Shown: one piece after another, positions 1 to 9,541 of the stretch | How positions within the stretch are numbered: position 1 is the first letter of the stretch | How the letters are laid out: each line of letters opens with the position of its first letter | Assembly (NCBI GenBank): GCA_021791545.1 | Contig: JAJYWL010000003.1 | Coordinates: forward strand, 1-51,389 | Length of the DNA: 51,389 nt | DNA from: a bacterium | GTDB taxonomy: Bacteria > Patescibacteriota > Microgenomatia > Levybacterales > UBA12049 | Reading direction: 5' to 3' | Position numbers and translations under genes: made by a program | The notes under the pieces: model-generated | What the model was told of the DNA's origin: nothing | The model's input: only the letters and a program-made list of their open reading frames with translations | Database searches by the model: none

Positions 1-4
1 CTTA

Positions 5-880
5 TTAAGAGTTTTTTCTGTAGAAAACAAAACCTGTTGTGGTTAGTGCTACCACTCCGAGGAATTGGAATAACTGAAGAGCAACATTTTCATTTCCTCC
101 TGTTGCGGAAAGTCCTAAAACAGATGTTGAAGCGCCTAATACAGCTTGAGTGTGTGGAGGCTGAGTGCACTCAGGGCAAGAAGAAAGTCCATCTGATCTT
201 CCGTCTCCGCCTGTGCTAGTTCCTTGAACACTTTGTGTAGGCGTAGGCGTAGGGGTTGCAGTAGGTGTCTCTGTAGGCGTTGGTTCTCCAGTTGGTGTGA
301 CTGTTGGAGTAACGGTTGGAGTTACGGTAGGTGTTGGTGTTGGTGTGACGGTCGGTGTAACCGTAGGTGTAACAGTAGGGGTAACAGTAGGTGTAGGTGT
401 TGGTGTAACACTTGGAGTCACTGTCGGCGTAGGTGTGCAGGTAGGAGTAGGTGTAGGAGTAGGGCTAACAGAAGGACAGTCAACCCAGAAAGTTTTATGT
501 TTTACTTCTGTTTGTTCATCATTGTTTTGATCTTCCCAGTCAAGTTTATAATGTCCATTACTTAAGTTGTAAACTATGCTTTGCCAATTTCCATTATTGT
601 CTGCCGTATATGGTGTTTTTGCAACTATTATTGGGTCAGAAGAGTAGGTGGGGGTCCATCCCTCAATCCAATAATTGTGGCTTTGTCCTGGATCAAAGTT
701 GGTACCGGATATATAGAAAGAACAAACGTGTGGATCATTATCGTTTCCACTCTGGTAGTTGTCATTTGCATTTATTTTTACGTCACCATTATTGCTATCT
801 GCAAAAACATTGAAAACCGACAGTAAGAAGATTACTGTTACTAGGACTCCAAGCGATAGGACTCTGAAATATTTATTCAT
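5..880 (-). CDS. secreted surface protein with signal peptide, small N-terminal domain, PT/VT-repeat linker, Cys-containing C-terminal cassette, LSATG sortase-like motif, TM helix and basic tail
   Basis: 291-aa ORF. The N-terminus MNKYFRVLSLGVLVTVIFLLSVFNVFA is signal-peptide-like. Residues 136-216 are almost pure (T/V)PT repeats. The C-terminus reads ...LSATGG, 12 aa, LGVVALTTTGFVFY, RKNS, which is the tripartite layout of sortase substrates. Confidence 0.75.
   Translation of the reverse strand: MNKYFRVLSLGVLVTVIFLLSVFNVFADSNNGDVKINANDNYQSGNDNDPHVCSFYISGTNFDPGQSHNYWIEGWTPTYSSDPIIVAKTPYTADNNGNWQSIVYNLSNGHYKLDWEDQNNDEQTEVKHKTFWVDCPSVSPTPTPTPTCTPTPTVTPSVTPTPTPTVTPTVTPTVTPTVTPTPTPTVTPTVTPTVTPTGEPTPTETPTATPTPTPTQSVQGTSTGGDGRSDGLSSCPECTQPPHTQAVLGASTSVLGLSATGGNENVALQLFQFLGVVALTTTGFVFYRKNS
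233..475 (-). repeat. in-frame low-complexity tandem repeat encoding the (T/V)PT linker
   Basis: The plus strand shows reiterated ggtgt(a/t)ac(a/g)gt(a/c)gg units. Translation on the minus strand gives PTPTPTVTPTVTPTVTPTVTPTPTPTVTPTVTPTVTPT. Confidence 0.85.
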
Positions 881-1036
881 ATCTTTGGGCTAGAATATTG
901 TTGAGATTATATTCTTATAGCAATGAAATGTCAAATTTGTGTAAGACTTATAGAAAAGAATTGTAAGGCTGTGTTTATAAGTCCTAAAAGATATAGTTTT
1001 TAAAGAAATATGCGTTTTTTAATTAATTTTAGAGTA

Positions 1037-4000
1037 TTAATTTGAGGCGCTTTTTCTGATTATCTTTTTATAAACAAAGAATAAGATAAGTAATGCAACT
1101 AAAAATAAAATACTCCAAAGAAGTAAATTTGAAGAGCTTGATGCAACTTTTCCTGTTGTAGTTTTTTCTGTTTGAACTTTAGCGCTTTCTGTAGAGGCTC
1201 CAAGTACATCACCTTGGGTTCCTTTATCGTTACTAGCTAATAATTGTTCTGATGATTGCTGTTGAGATGTAGATGCTCCTAAAACGAGTTGAGGAGTTTG
1301 TGTGCAACCAGGGCAAGACGAGAGTCCATCTGACTTTCCATCAGATTTTCCATCTCCTGCAAGGCCAAAGACATAATAGGTGGCAAATGCTGTCTCATTT
1401 CCGACTGCTTCAGGTGAACCTGCGGAAACGGTTCTATAATAATAATCTTGATTTACAGTAAGACCAGTAATTGTAACGCTATGTGAGGTCACTTTATTTG
1501 TATCTTCTGTCGTTGAATATGTGTAACCGTAATTTGGTGCACTTCCTAAAGTAGAATGTGAAACAGTATCATATACAACTCTACTTGTTGCTGGAAAATT
1601 AGTTGTCCAGGTTACTAGTACTGAATTATCATTTGTTCGCACGATAGACTGGTTTGAAATAACGGGAGGAACATTGTAGTCCCCGGTAAATGTAGTACTG
1701 TTTCCGGCATTATCATAGGCAATGGCATTTATTGTAAGGTCTTGATCTACAACAATAGGCGCTGTGTATAAAATTCTCGTTGCTGAGGTAGCAGGATTTG
1801 TTCCGTCAGTTGTATAGTAGACATTTTTTACTCCGCTTAAATTGTCGGTAGCTGTTAAGGTTACATCTGTTGGATTATTCGGCTGGTCACCGGGCAATGG
1901 ATTTGCAGTCAAGGTAGGAGCAGTTGCATCGAATACATAATGCACAGGAGTGCTCCATGCCCCAACATTACCTGCATTATCAACGGCCCTTACATAAATT
2001 GTAACTCCGCCTTGTTCATTTAATCCCGGAACATGGCCTCTAGATGTTACATTTCCGGCTACATCACGACATCCGCCATTTGGTAGGTCCGAGCATGTAC
2101 TCCCGGAAAAAGTGTGATGGTCATCGTAAACGTATCCTACTTGATATTTAGCAATTCCGCTGGCATCCGTAACCGCTGTCCAATTAGCAGTAATTGGTAT
2201 CGAATTAAAATAATTTCCATTACTTGGAGACGTGATTGTAGGCGCTGATGGAGCTGTATTATCTACGGTCACTGTATGTACATCGACCGATCCTGCATCT
2301 TTGTTGTTTGCCGCATCCCTAGCTTCTAAATCTATTGTATAGCTTCCGCTTGGGAGCCCGTTTAGATTCCAGTTGAATAAAGACTTATTTGTGAATGAGG
2401 ATGAATCGTAAACTGTTCCCGGTCCTGCTCCATAACCACTAGGGCCCGAAATGTGCAAATAGTAATGGTTGGGATTTACATCGGTTACTGTTCCTAAAAT
2501 ATCGACTATCCCATTATTGGTATAGCTTAGCAAAGCACCATTTGCCGGTGATATAATTTGCGCAACCGGTGCGGTTTTATCATAAGTTATTACAAAAGGA
2601 GTTGAATAGCTAGAACAATTGTCTGCGGCGTCACAAGCGCTGAATGCAAAATACTGAACTCCCTCTCCCTGTGTAAACTGGTCATTGTAAACGCCTAAAG
2701 AACTGGAATATGAACTAAGATCTGTAGGATTCCAAGGTGTGGAAATTTTAAACGGTGAGCCTGAAATGTCATTCCAATATTTCAATTGATATCTTGTAGT
2801 ATCTGCAGAGGAAGATAAAGTAAATGTAAATGTCTTAGAGTTTGTATAACCATTAGTAGATATGTTTATATTATTTGCTTTGAATGACATGCTCGGGACT
2901 GTCGGAGCCGTAGTGTCGACTACTACCTTATTAATTTTGCTCCAAGGACCTATATCGCCTACCGCATCAACTGCGCGAACTTGCCAATAATATGTACCTT
3001 GAGGGGTACCACTATTATGACGCGTAATTAACGTAGGAGTAATATTATAGTTGCTGGAAGTACTATTATCGCTATAAATAATTGTACCAAGGTTGCTGCC
3101 GTTTAAAGTATTTGATGTTTGATATTCATATTTAGCCGCGCCTGTAACAGGAGTCCATGTATCGCTAAAAGCAGGATTATTTGTATAAGTACCATCTATA
3201 GGTGTTAGATTAGTTGGAGCAGTCAGCTCAAGAGTAGTAAAAGTTTTAACTTGTCCCGGATACCATACTCCGCCCACCAAAGACCATGCGACATAATAGT
3301 AAGTAGTACCCGGAGTAATTGCAGGCATTGTCGAATGGACCCCACCCGTTATAATTGCATTTGTAGTAAGTGATGACAGTAGCGCTGTAAAGCTTGCGTT
3401 TGATGCTATGTTACCCATATCAGAAGTAGAATAAACGCCCGCGGGAATGTTTGGATTAGATGTGCTGAACGGAGTCAATGAAACCCAGAATGAATGACCC
3501 GTTGCATAATAAGAACCATTAGCGCCATTTAATGTTGCGTTATTTAAGATAATATTAGTTGCGTCTTCGGTAATAGCATTAGGGGAAGCTAAAGTTGTTT
3601 TTGAACTGTCCAAATACCAAGGTCTATAGTCTACGAACGAACTAACTGGAGCACCTTTTCCGGAAGGATTGTTGTAATTTGGCGTTCCAGGTAAACTTTT
3701 ATTATCCAGCGGTCCGGAGGCATCTCCCCACCAGTTATCAGTAGCGTCAACAATTATGGATGCAGAGTTAATATTTTCGACGCCGTAAGAAGTGTTACCA
3801 GAAAGATCATTTTTATTTATTATTACCTTAGCGCCTGAAGCAAGACCTTTGGCAGAAATATAGACTCCACGTTTGTTTCCGGAAAGATCATTGTTAGTAA
3901 TTGTGAATGTCCCTGTGTTTGAAGTATCGCTGGTATATTCTCCTCCAAGGATGGCAATTGCACTACTACCACCACCATTAATTCTATTATTGTCAATTGT

Positions 4001-6451
4001 TACAGAGCCTGAAACACTACCAAAAAAGAATATAGGCGAACCTGAGGTAGGAGTGCTAGTTATATTGTTGTCTGATATTACTATTCCACTGGCCACACCA
4101 CTGAAAGCTGTAAAACTTGTTCCGTTCGGGTCAGCGAGCCCAGTATCCATATTTTCGGAAACTATCACTCCCGTAGAGCTACTTCCTGTGCAACTAAAAT
4201 TGACGTCTGCTCCGCCGTTATTTGAGGCAGCTGTAAAAACGTTGTGGTTCACAATAGTGCCATTACATCCGCCCGGAGTAGAGCTGTTTGCCTTAATCTG
4301 AATAGATTCAGAATTTGCAAGAGGATTCTTAAAAAGATTACCTGTTATTAAAATATTTCCTGCATTATAGGTTGGGAATCCGACTGAGCGGTATCCACTA
4401 AATATATTATTTTGAACTTTAACTCCCACAAGAGATGTTGTGCCATTTACATTCATCTGAACCCCTGGATTAGTAAGACTAAACCCGTCTACGGTAACAT
4501 TACTTGCGGTTATATTAACTGAGCTTATATCAGATTCCCCTACGCGTGTCCCGTTTCCGCTTATTCCAACATTTGATCCATTCAGAACAATGCTTTTGCT
4601 GATATTTACATTCTCGTTATAAGTTCCGGGTGCTACGTCAACTGTACCTCCAGAAGTTACTGCATTAACAGCCGCTTGAATACCTCGATTATTTGCAGTT
4701 GCAATAGCAGTGTTCGGCAATATAAATATAGAGTTGTCTCCAGAGACCGATGATTTATCAAGTTTATCGATTAATTTATCCTGAATAACTCCAAGTTGAA
4801 TAATTGTTGCGCCGGAAGGCGAGACGGATCCAAAAGTATTATTATTGGTTGCATCAATATTGGGACTGCCTGCAACTGTTGAAAGGTAATAATCGCAGTT
4901 GCTAAATGAAGTATTTTTTACTGTGGTAAGATTTCCTCCTCCGTAAGCAAGTATTCCCGTGGCTTCCGCTTCTGGAGAATAAATAAAATTCTTTATACTC
5001 GTTCCATCAATCGAACCCGTAACGGAACCCCCTCCACGGTTCCAGAGCACAATTCCGTTTTGCGCAATAACCGAAGTTGAACCGGCACCTGTAATGTTTC
5101 CGCCTACAACTTCTAAGTTAATATTTCCGTTTGCACCGCTTGTTGCACCGTTTCCGTTAATTGCATCTATTCCATTTTTTTGAAATCCCGAGATATTAAC
5201 ATTATTAACTGTTAAATCTGAATTTATCGAATTGCCAGCATCAACTGCGATACCTTGTCCTGTTTGAACACCATTTATAGTATATGTTGCAGTTATATTG
5301 CTATCCTTGATAATACCGGATGAAGAATTCCAAAAAACGAGAGCATCAGGTCCTCCGCTACTCGGTGTTTTTCCATTATCTTTAATTCCAATATCTTGGA
5401 TAGTAATATTGGTAGAGCCACTCACTAAAACCGAAACCTGCATATTCGCAGTATATTTATGCGTTATGTTACTTGAGATAAGGGTGGTTGGTTGTATTAA
5501 GGTGCTAGCGCTACCAGCCCCTGCAATAGTTATATTTGATTTATTTAAAACAGAAAACCCCTCATATGTCCCTGCTGCCACATTAATCGTATCTCCGGTA
5601 ACAGCAGCATCGATAGCAGCTTGAATCGTCGAATAACACGTTGTTGTTCCTGCGGGAAGAGTAACCGAAGCTCCTGTACAAGCGGGGGCAGCAGTTAATC
5701 CTGTAACGACAAAAATTGTAAAGTGATTGAGTCCTGTTGCTGAGACAACTCCGCTTGTTGTTTGATTTGCATTATCCGCATTGGAGTCCTTTAGTCCCTC
5801 AATAGTTTCCGATGATTTTATTCCGAGGGTTTTGCCTTGTGCGGTATCAGGTACGGGCAATGTCAAATTATACTGGAAGGTTCCATCTGTCATATCGGAT
5901 GATATGTTATAAGCCGTATCCGAAAGCGCCCCCGACGCTTTTTGCTGATCCGCTGTTAATTTAACTTCTGTAATTGTTAATTTTCCCGGATTATCGGGTA
6001 ATTTTGTAAACGTAACCGTAACACTGCTATTTTGGGGAGCTTTATAAACCTGATTTAAAGAAACAACGTTTGTCGTAGTTTGTGAGCCATCGGGATTTTC
6101 CTGCCATTGGGGAGAATTCAAAGTGGCGCTGGGTTGAACTTCTTTTGACGGGGGAGAAAGATTGTCTGTAGAAGTTGCTTCCGGTGTTGTTGTTAATTCG
6201 GGTGTCGGACTTGGTATTACTGTGGGAGTTTCGGAAGGAGTGATAATTGGTGTAGGAGCCGGAGTAGTTACACTTGGGACGGGGGTAGGTGTGGCTGTTG
6301 GAGTTTCAGTTGGAGTTACTGTTGTTTCTTGAGTTATTTCTTGGGCAAAAGCTTTTTGAGTGCTTAAAGTCACTAAAGGAGATAACGATTGGACAAGGAT
6401 CGAAGTTAAAGCTATGAATGTAAGGGCTCTTCTCCAAGCTAGCTGTTTCAT
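1037..6451 (-). CDS. giant (1804 aa) cell-surface protein with signal peptide, PT-rich linker, right-handed parallel beta-helix (PbH1/NosD-like) repeats, multiple Ig/FN3-like modules, a chitobiase/hexosaminidase-C-like module and a C-terminal cassette with membrane anchor
   Basis: N-terminal signal MKQLAWRRALTFIALTSILVQSLSPLVTLSTQKAFA. Repeated N-I-T/G-N beta-helix turns (NITIQDIGIKDNG, VNNVNISGFQKNGIDA). Module boundaries are marked by D(T/K/N/A)TAP(T/V/S). VYYTTDGTNPATSA...INAIAYDNAGN resembles the CHB_HEX_C-type module. The C-terminal hydrophobic helix LLLWSILFLVALLILFFVY is followed by KKIIRK. Confidence 0.8.
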   Translation of the reverse strand: MKQLAWRRALTFIALTSILVQSLSPLVTLSTQKAFAQEITQETTVTPTETPTATPTPVPSVTTPAPTPIITPSETPTVIPSPTPELTTTPEATSTDNLSPPSKEVQPSATLNSPQWQENPDGSQTTTNVVSLNQVYKAPQNSSVTVTFTKLPDNPGKLTITEVKLTADQQKASGALSDTAYNISSDMTDGTFQYNLTLPVPDTAQGKTLGIKSSETIEGLKDSNADNANQTTSGVVSATGLNHFTIFVVTGLTAAPACTGASVTLPAGTTTCYSTIQAAIDAAVTGDTINVAAGTYEGFSVLNKSNITIAGAGSASTLIQPTTLISSNITHKYTANMQVSVLVSGSTNITIQDIGIKDNGKTPSSGGPDALVFWNSSSGIIKDSNITATYTINGVQTGQGIAVDAGNSINSDLTVNNVNISGFQKNGIDAINGNGATSGANGNINLEVVGGNITGAGSTSVIAQNGIVLWNRGGGSVTGSIDGTSIKNFIYSPEAEATGILAYGGGNLTTVKNTSFSNCDYYLSTVAGSPNIDATNNNTFGSVSPSGATIIQLGVIQDKLIDKLDKSSVSGDNSIFILPNTAIATANNRGIQAAVNAVTSGGTVDVAPGTYNENVNISKSIVLNGSNVGISGNGTRVGESDISSVNITASNVTVDGFSLTNPGVQMNVNGTTSLVGVKVQNNIFSGYRSVGFPTYNAGNILITGNLFKNPLANSESIQIKANSSTPGGCNGTIVNHNVFTAASNNGGADVNFSCTGSSSTGVIVSENMDTGLADPNGTSFTAFSGVASGIVISDNNITSTPTSGSPIFFFGSVSGSVTIDNNRINGGGSSAIAILGGEYTSDTSNTGTFTITNNDLSGNKRGVYISAKGLASGAKVIINKNDLSGNTSYGVENINSASIIVDATDNWWGDASGPLDNKSLPGTPNYNNPSGKGAPVSSFVDYRPWYLDSSKTTLASPNAITEDATNIILNNATLNGANGSYYATGHSFWVSLTPFSTSNPNIPAGVYSTSDMGNIASNASFTALLSSLTTNAIITGGVHSTMPAITPGTTYYYVAWSLVGGVWYPGQVKTFTTLELTAPTNLTPIDGTYTNNPAFSDTWTPVTGAAKYEYQTSNTLNGSNLGTIIYSDNSTSSNYNITPTLITRHNSGTPQGTYYWQVRAVDAVGDIGPWSKINKVVVDTTAPTVPSMSFKANNINISTNGYTNSKTFTFTLSSSADTTRYQLKYWNDISGSPFKISTPWNPTDLSSYSSSLGVYNDQFTQGEGVQYFAFSACDAADNCSSYSTPFVITYDKTAPVAQIISPANGALLSYTNNGIVDILGTVTDVNPNHYYLHISGPSGYGAGPGTVYDSSSFTNKSLFNWNLNGLPSGSYTIDLEARDAANNKDAGSVDVHTVTVDNTAPSAPTITSPSNGNYFNSIPITANWTAVTDASGIAKYQVGYVYDDHHTFSGSTCSDLPNGGCRDVAGNVTSRGHVPGLNEQGGVTIYVRAVDNAGNVGAWSTPVHYVFDATAPTLTANPLPGDQPNNPTDVTLTATDNLSGVKNVYYTTDGTNPATSATRILYTAPIVVDQDLTINAIAYDNAGNSTTFTGDYNVPPVISNQSIVRTNDNSVLVTWTTNFPATSRVVYDTVSHSTLGSAPNYGYTYSTTEDTNKVTSHSVTITGLTVNQDYYYRTVSAGSPEAVGNETAFATYYVFGLAGDGKSDGKSDGLSSCPGCTQTPQLVLGASTSQQQSSEQLLASNDKGTQGDVLGASTESAKVQTEKTTTGKVASSSSNLLLWSILFLVALLILFFVYKKIIRKSASN

Positions 6452-6484
6452 TCTGAGAGCACATCTTTAAACGATGTTGGCTGG

Positions 6485-6514
6485 ATAATAACACAACCAT
6501 TTTTTAAATGTCAA
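6485..6514 (-). promoter_or_regulatory. candidate sigma70-type promoter for the giant surface-protein gene
   Basis: On the minus strand, TTGACA (plus 6509-6514), an 18-nt spacer ending in TG, then TATTAT (plus 6485-6490). It lies about 35 nt upstream of the ATG at 6451. Confidence 0.4.
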
Positions 6515-6543
6515 GAGATAGTAGTTAACTAGAAGTCTTATTT

Positions 6544-6927
6544 TTATATACCGAGTATTTTTTTTAATTCAGTTATTAAATTATTTAACCAGTAATTTAA
6601 ACTATCATTTTTCTTTATAGTATTTATTGTTTTTGATGTAGGTTTTTCTGCTGGTTTCGGAGTTACTGTTGGGGTAGGAGAAGTTTTCTGTTCTTGATTG
6701 TTTTCAGTTGAATTTACTTCTAGTTTATATGTCCCCGGTTTATTTGCATCTAATGTTTTAGTGTTTCCGTTTGCATTTACTTCAATATGCGTAGAGACAT
6801 TTCCGTTTCCTTGTATGTTTGTTTCAACGGATGCATGTGAACTAGAATTTCCAGTCGCTATTTGTGCAGAAACACTTGAAGTAGATGCTAAAAGCAAGAC
6901 AGCAGATATAATGGGTACTTTTTTCAT
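6544..6927 (-). CDS. small secreted protein of unknown function
   Basis: 127 aa. Signal peptide MKKVPIISAVLLLASTSSVSA-Q, an N/T/S-rich body and a short PT stretch. Confidence 0.6.
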   Translation of the reverse strand: MKKVPIISAVLLLASTSSVSAQIATGNSSSHASVETNIQGNGNVSTHIEVNANGNTKTLDANKPGTYKLEVNSTENNQEQKTSPTPTVTPKPAEKPTSKTINTIKKNDSLNYWLNNLITELKKILGI

Positions 6928-6959
6928 GAGTAATATTTAAGACCTTATTTGTAAGAATA

Positions 6960-8228
6960 TTACAAGAAGCTGAAGAGATTTGGGGCGAATAATGAAATCA
7001 TATAAATAGTTGAAGCTATAGAAAGTCCAATTAGTGTAAGGATTAGGATTACATTAATTAGTTTATTATTTGCATATTCCCCTAAAAGTTTTTTATCGTT
7101 TGAAAGAAGATAAAGAAAAATAAAGATAGGGATAAGAAGTATTGCATTAATCGCCTGAGATACAACAAGTATTGTTAAGAGAGGGAAGAAGGGAAGTATT
7201 ACCATTAATCCTCCCAGTATTAAAAGAAGAAGGAAAAGTCCGTAAAACTGAGGTGCTTCTCTGTATCTAAAATTAAGTCCGGATTCCATACCAAAAGCTT
7301 CTGTAATAACATAGGATGTTGCTACTGGAACAAGTGAAGCTCCGAATATTGATGCATTCAAAAGTCCAAAGGCAAAAAGCAGAGACGCAAAGTTCCCGGC
7401 TAAGGGTGCAAGAGCAACAGCTACATCTTTTGCATTATTTACAGGAATTCCTTTTGCAAATATTGTTACGGCACAAGCAACGATTATAAAGAATGAGATA
7501 AAATTTGTAAGAAAGCTTCCGAAAAAGACGTCTCCTCTTTCTATTTTTAAATCTTCTTTAGAAAGCTTTTTATCTACAACGTAATCTTGAATAAAGAATT
7601 GCCCCCACGGAGTTATTGTAGTTCCTATTACTGCCATTAAAGTTAGAAGATATGTTTTGTTAAGCGATAGGTTTGAGGGAACAAAAATACTTTTAAAAGC
7701 AGTTCCCCAATCTGGATGGACAATTATTGCAGAAAGGATGTACGCAACGTAGAAGAAGGATAATAGGAGAAAAAGTTTTTCTAGTTTCCCAAAGCTTCCT
7801 CTTGTAACTAATAAAAATATTAAAACTATTGCTATGGGGACAGAGATAAATTTAGGAATATTAAATATTCCCATAGCAGCTGCAATTCCGGCAAATTCAG
7901 CAGCAATAGTACCCATATTTGCAATAAAAAGACAAAGCATTGTAAAGGCTGTCCATCTTATTCCAAACTTTTCTCTTATAAGAGAGGCAAGTCCCTTACC
8001 GGTAACAAGACCCATCCTTGCTCCTATTTCTTGAGTGATTGCCAAAGAGAAGGTTGTAAGAAGTAGTACCCAAAGAAGATTTAGGCCAAATTGAGCTCCA
8101 GCTACAGAATAAGTAGTAATTCCCCCTGCATCATTATCAACAGAGCCGGAGATTATACCAGGTCCTATTATTGCCAGTATGGGAATAAGGAATAGGAATC
8201 GATTTCTGATTGATTTAAATAATTTCAT
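6960..8228 (-). CDS. NRAMP/SLC11-superfamily cation transporter with non-canonical metal-site residues (NRMT-like, possibly Mg2+)
   Basis: 422 aa and polytopic. The TM1 motif GPGIISGSVDNDAGGITTYSVAGAQFG aligns with NRAMP GPG..S.AY.DPGN. The TM6 region GTTITPWGQFF sits where canonical NRAMPs have GA.VMPHN.YLHS. Confidence 0.75.
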   Translation of the reverse strand: MKLFKSIRNRFLFLIPILAIIGPGIISGSVDNDAGGITTYSVAGAQFGLNLLWVLLLTTFSLAITQEIGARMGLVTGKGLASLIREKFGIRWTAFTMLCLFIANMGTIAAEFAGIAAAMGIFNIPKFISVPIAIVLIFLLVTRGSFGKLEKLFLLLSFFYVAYILSAIIVHPDWGTAFKSIFVPSNLSLNKTYLLTLMAVIGTTITPWGQFFIQDYVVDKKLSKEDLKIERGDVFFGSFLTNFISFFIIVACAVTIFAKGIPVNNAKDVAVALAPLAGNFASLLFAFGLLNASIFGASLVPVATSYVITEAFGMESGLNFRYREAPQFYGLFLLLLILGGLMVILPFFPLLTILVVSQAINAILLIPIFIFLYLLSNDKKLLGEYANNKLINVILILTLIGLSIASTIYMISLFAPNLFSFL

Positions 8229-9405
8229 TGTCTCTGTTTGATGATTCTATCTGGGCTAGAATCATGTCTATGGTTATTATTCCGATAGGTTTTTTATCTT
8301 GGTCTACAACCGGAAGAGACCTTAGGTTATATTCACTGAAAAGTCTTATTATTTCCCTAAGCTCCACATTAGCATATACGAATTTTCTATTTGTTACTAT
8401 ATCCCTTAATTGCGCAAGGGGGTCAAGATCAAGAATATCCTTAGTTAGAAGTACTCCTAAGAGTTTTTGATTACCATTAGTTACAAGAATAGTTTCAGGT
8501 TTTGGTCTTCTTTCGTAGAGTGTGTTATAGACCTCTTTTATGGTAGTTTCAGAGTCGAAGCTAAAAAAACGGGGGTTCATGAGACCCCCTGCTGTGTTAT
8601 TTGAAAATTGGATAAGATTCTTAATTGTTCCCGCTTTTTCGGTTCCGATTGCTTTTAATATTTCATTTATCCTGAGGGGGTTTAAGAGGTAAAAAAGATC
8701 TGCAATTTCGGCAATATGCATTCTGTTTACTATTTTGCTTAATTTGGTGGAAGGAAGCTCTCCGAGTATTGCTTCTTGAGTTCTATCGTCTGTTTCTTCA
8801 ATAGATCTTGCTGCAAGCTTTGCTTCGAGGGTCTCTACTATTCCTAATCTCTCTTTAGTTCCAAGCTCTTCGAGAATATCTGCCATTTCGCTTGGATGGA
8901 AAGAGTTAAGATTATCTTTAGCAACATTTATCCTGACATTTCCTGTATCATAATCGAAGGCCTCGATCATCTTCCAAGGAAGAATTTTTGACTCAGATTT
9001 TATAAAAGCTCCCAGCCCCAGTCTTCTAAAGATTCCTGCTGCTCCTATATCTATTCCCACAACCTTAAGTTCACCCTTGTCGTCGAGCATTATGTCATTT
9101 ACTCTAACAAGCCTTTTTCCGTCGGTATCTATGACCTGTTTATCCAAAAGATCCTCATTTAAGTAAAAATCCTTTTCGTCGTAGGGAAGAAAAGGAATAT
9201 TATCAGAAACAAGTGTTACTCTTTTTCTCTTAATATCGATTGCTGAAGGAGTAATCGTAATTTTCTTACCTTTTCCTTTCTTAATTACTACTTTTGATAG
9301 GGAAGGGTGTGCTACGTTTGTAAACACGGCAAAATCGGCAATGGAACCGATTTTTTGGTTCTTGTAGTAGATATTCTTATTTAGGAGTTGACTTAAATAA
9401 ACCAT
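8215..9405 (-). CDS. soluble PRC-barrel + MgtE N-terminal domain + CBS-pair protein (MgtE-type cytoplasmic sensor module lacking the MgtE membrane domain)
   Basis: 396 aa with no TM segments. The central region FHPSEMADILEELGTKERLGIVETL...IAEIADLFYLL is MgtE_N-like. The C-terminus has two CBS-like repeats (LLGVLLTKDIL; PIGIITIDMILAQI). Its stop overlaps the NRAMP-like gene start by 14 nt. Confidence 0.7.
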   Translation of the reverse strand: MVYLSQLLNKNIYYKNQKIGSIADFAVFTNVAHPSLSKVVIKKGKGKKITITPSAIDIKRKRVTLVSDNIPFLPYDEKDFYLNEDLLDKQVIDTDGKRLVRVNDIMLDDKGELKVVGIDIGAAGIFRRLGLGAFIKSESKILPWKMIEAFDYDTGNVRINVAKDNLNSFHPSEMADILEELGTKERLGIVETLEAKLAARSIEETDDRTQEAILGELPSTKLSKIVNRMHIAEIADLFYLLNPLRINEILKAIGTEKAGTIKNLIQFSNNTAGGLMNPRFFSFDSETTIKEVYNTLYERRPKPETILVTNGNQKLLGVLLTKDILDLDPLAQLRDIVTNRKFVYANVELREIIRLFSEYNLRSLPVVDQDKKPIGIITIDMILAQIESSNRDNEII

Positions 9406-9541
9406 TTTGCTTTAATTGTAGTTACGCAAGAACGTGCGTGTCAACCCTGTAATTATTGTCTAAAGTGTATATGGAGCGTTAATAAGGGTTCATCCTCGGA
9501 AATTGTACTTATCTTATATTATTTTTAAGGCCATTTTAGCC

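Noticed and set aside
224-565. 113-aa and 77-aa plus-strand ORFs (224-565, 297-530) rich in R/C/W or VGVT repeats
   Set aside because: They are antisense read-through of the PT/VT repeat region of the 5-880 minus-strand gene. They are low-complexity mirror translations.
3873-5624. Plus-strand ORFs 3873-4301 and 5298-5624
   Set aside because: They lie entirely inside, and antisense to, the 1804-aa surface-protein gene, which has coherent domain structure. They show no start or SD support.
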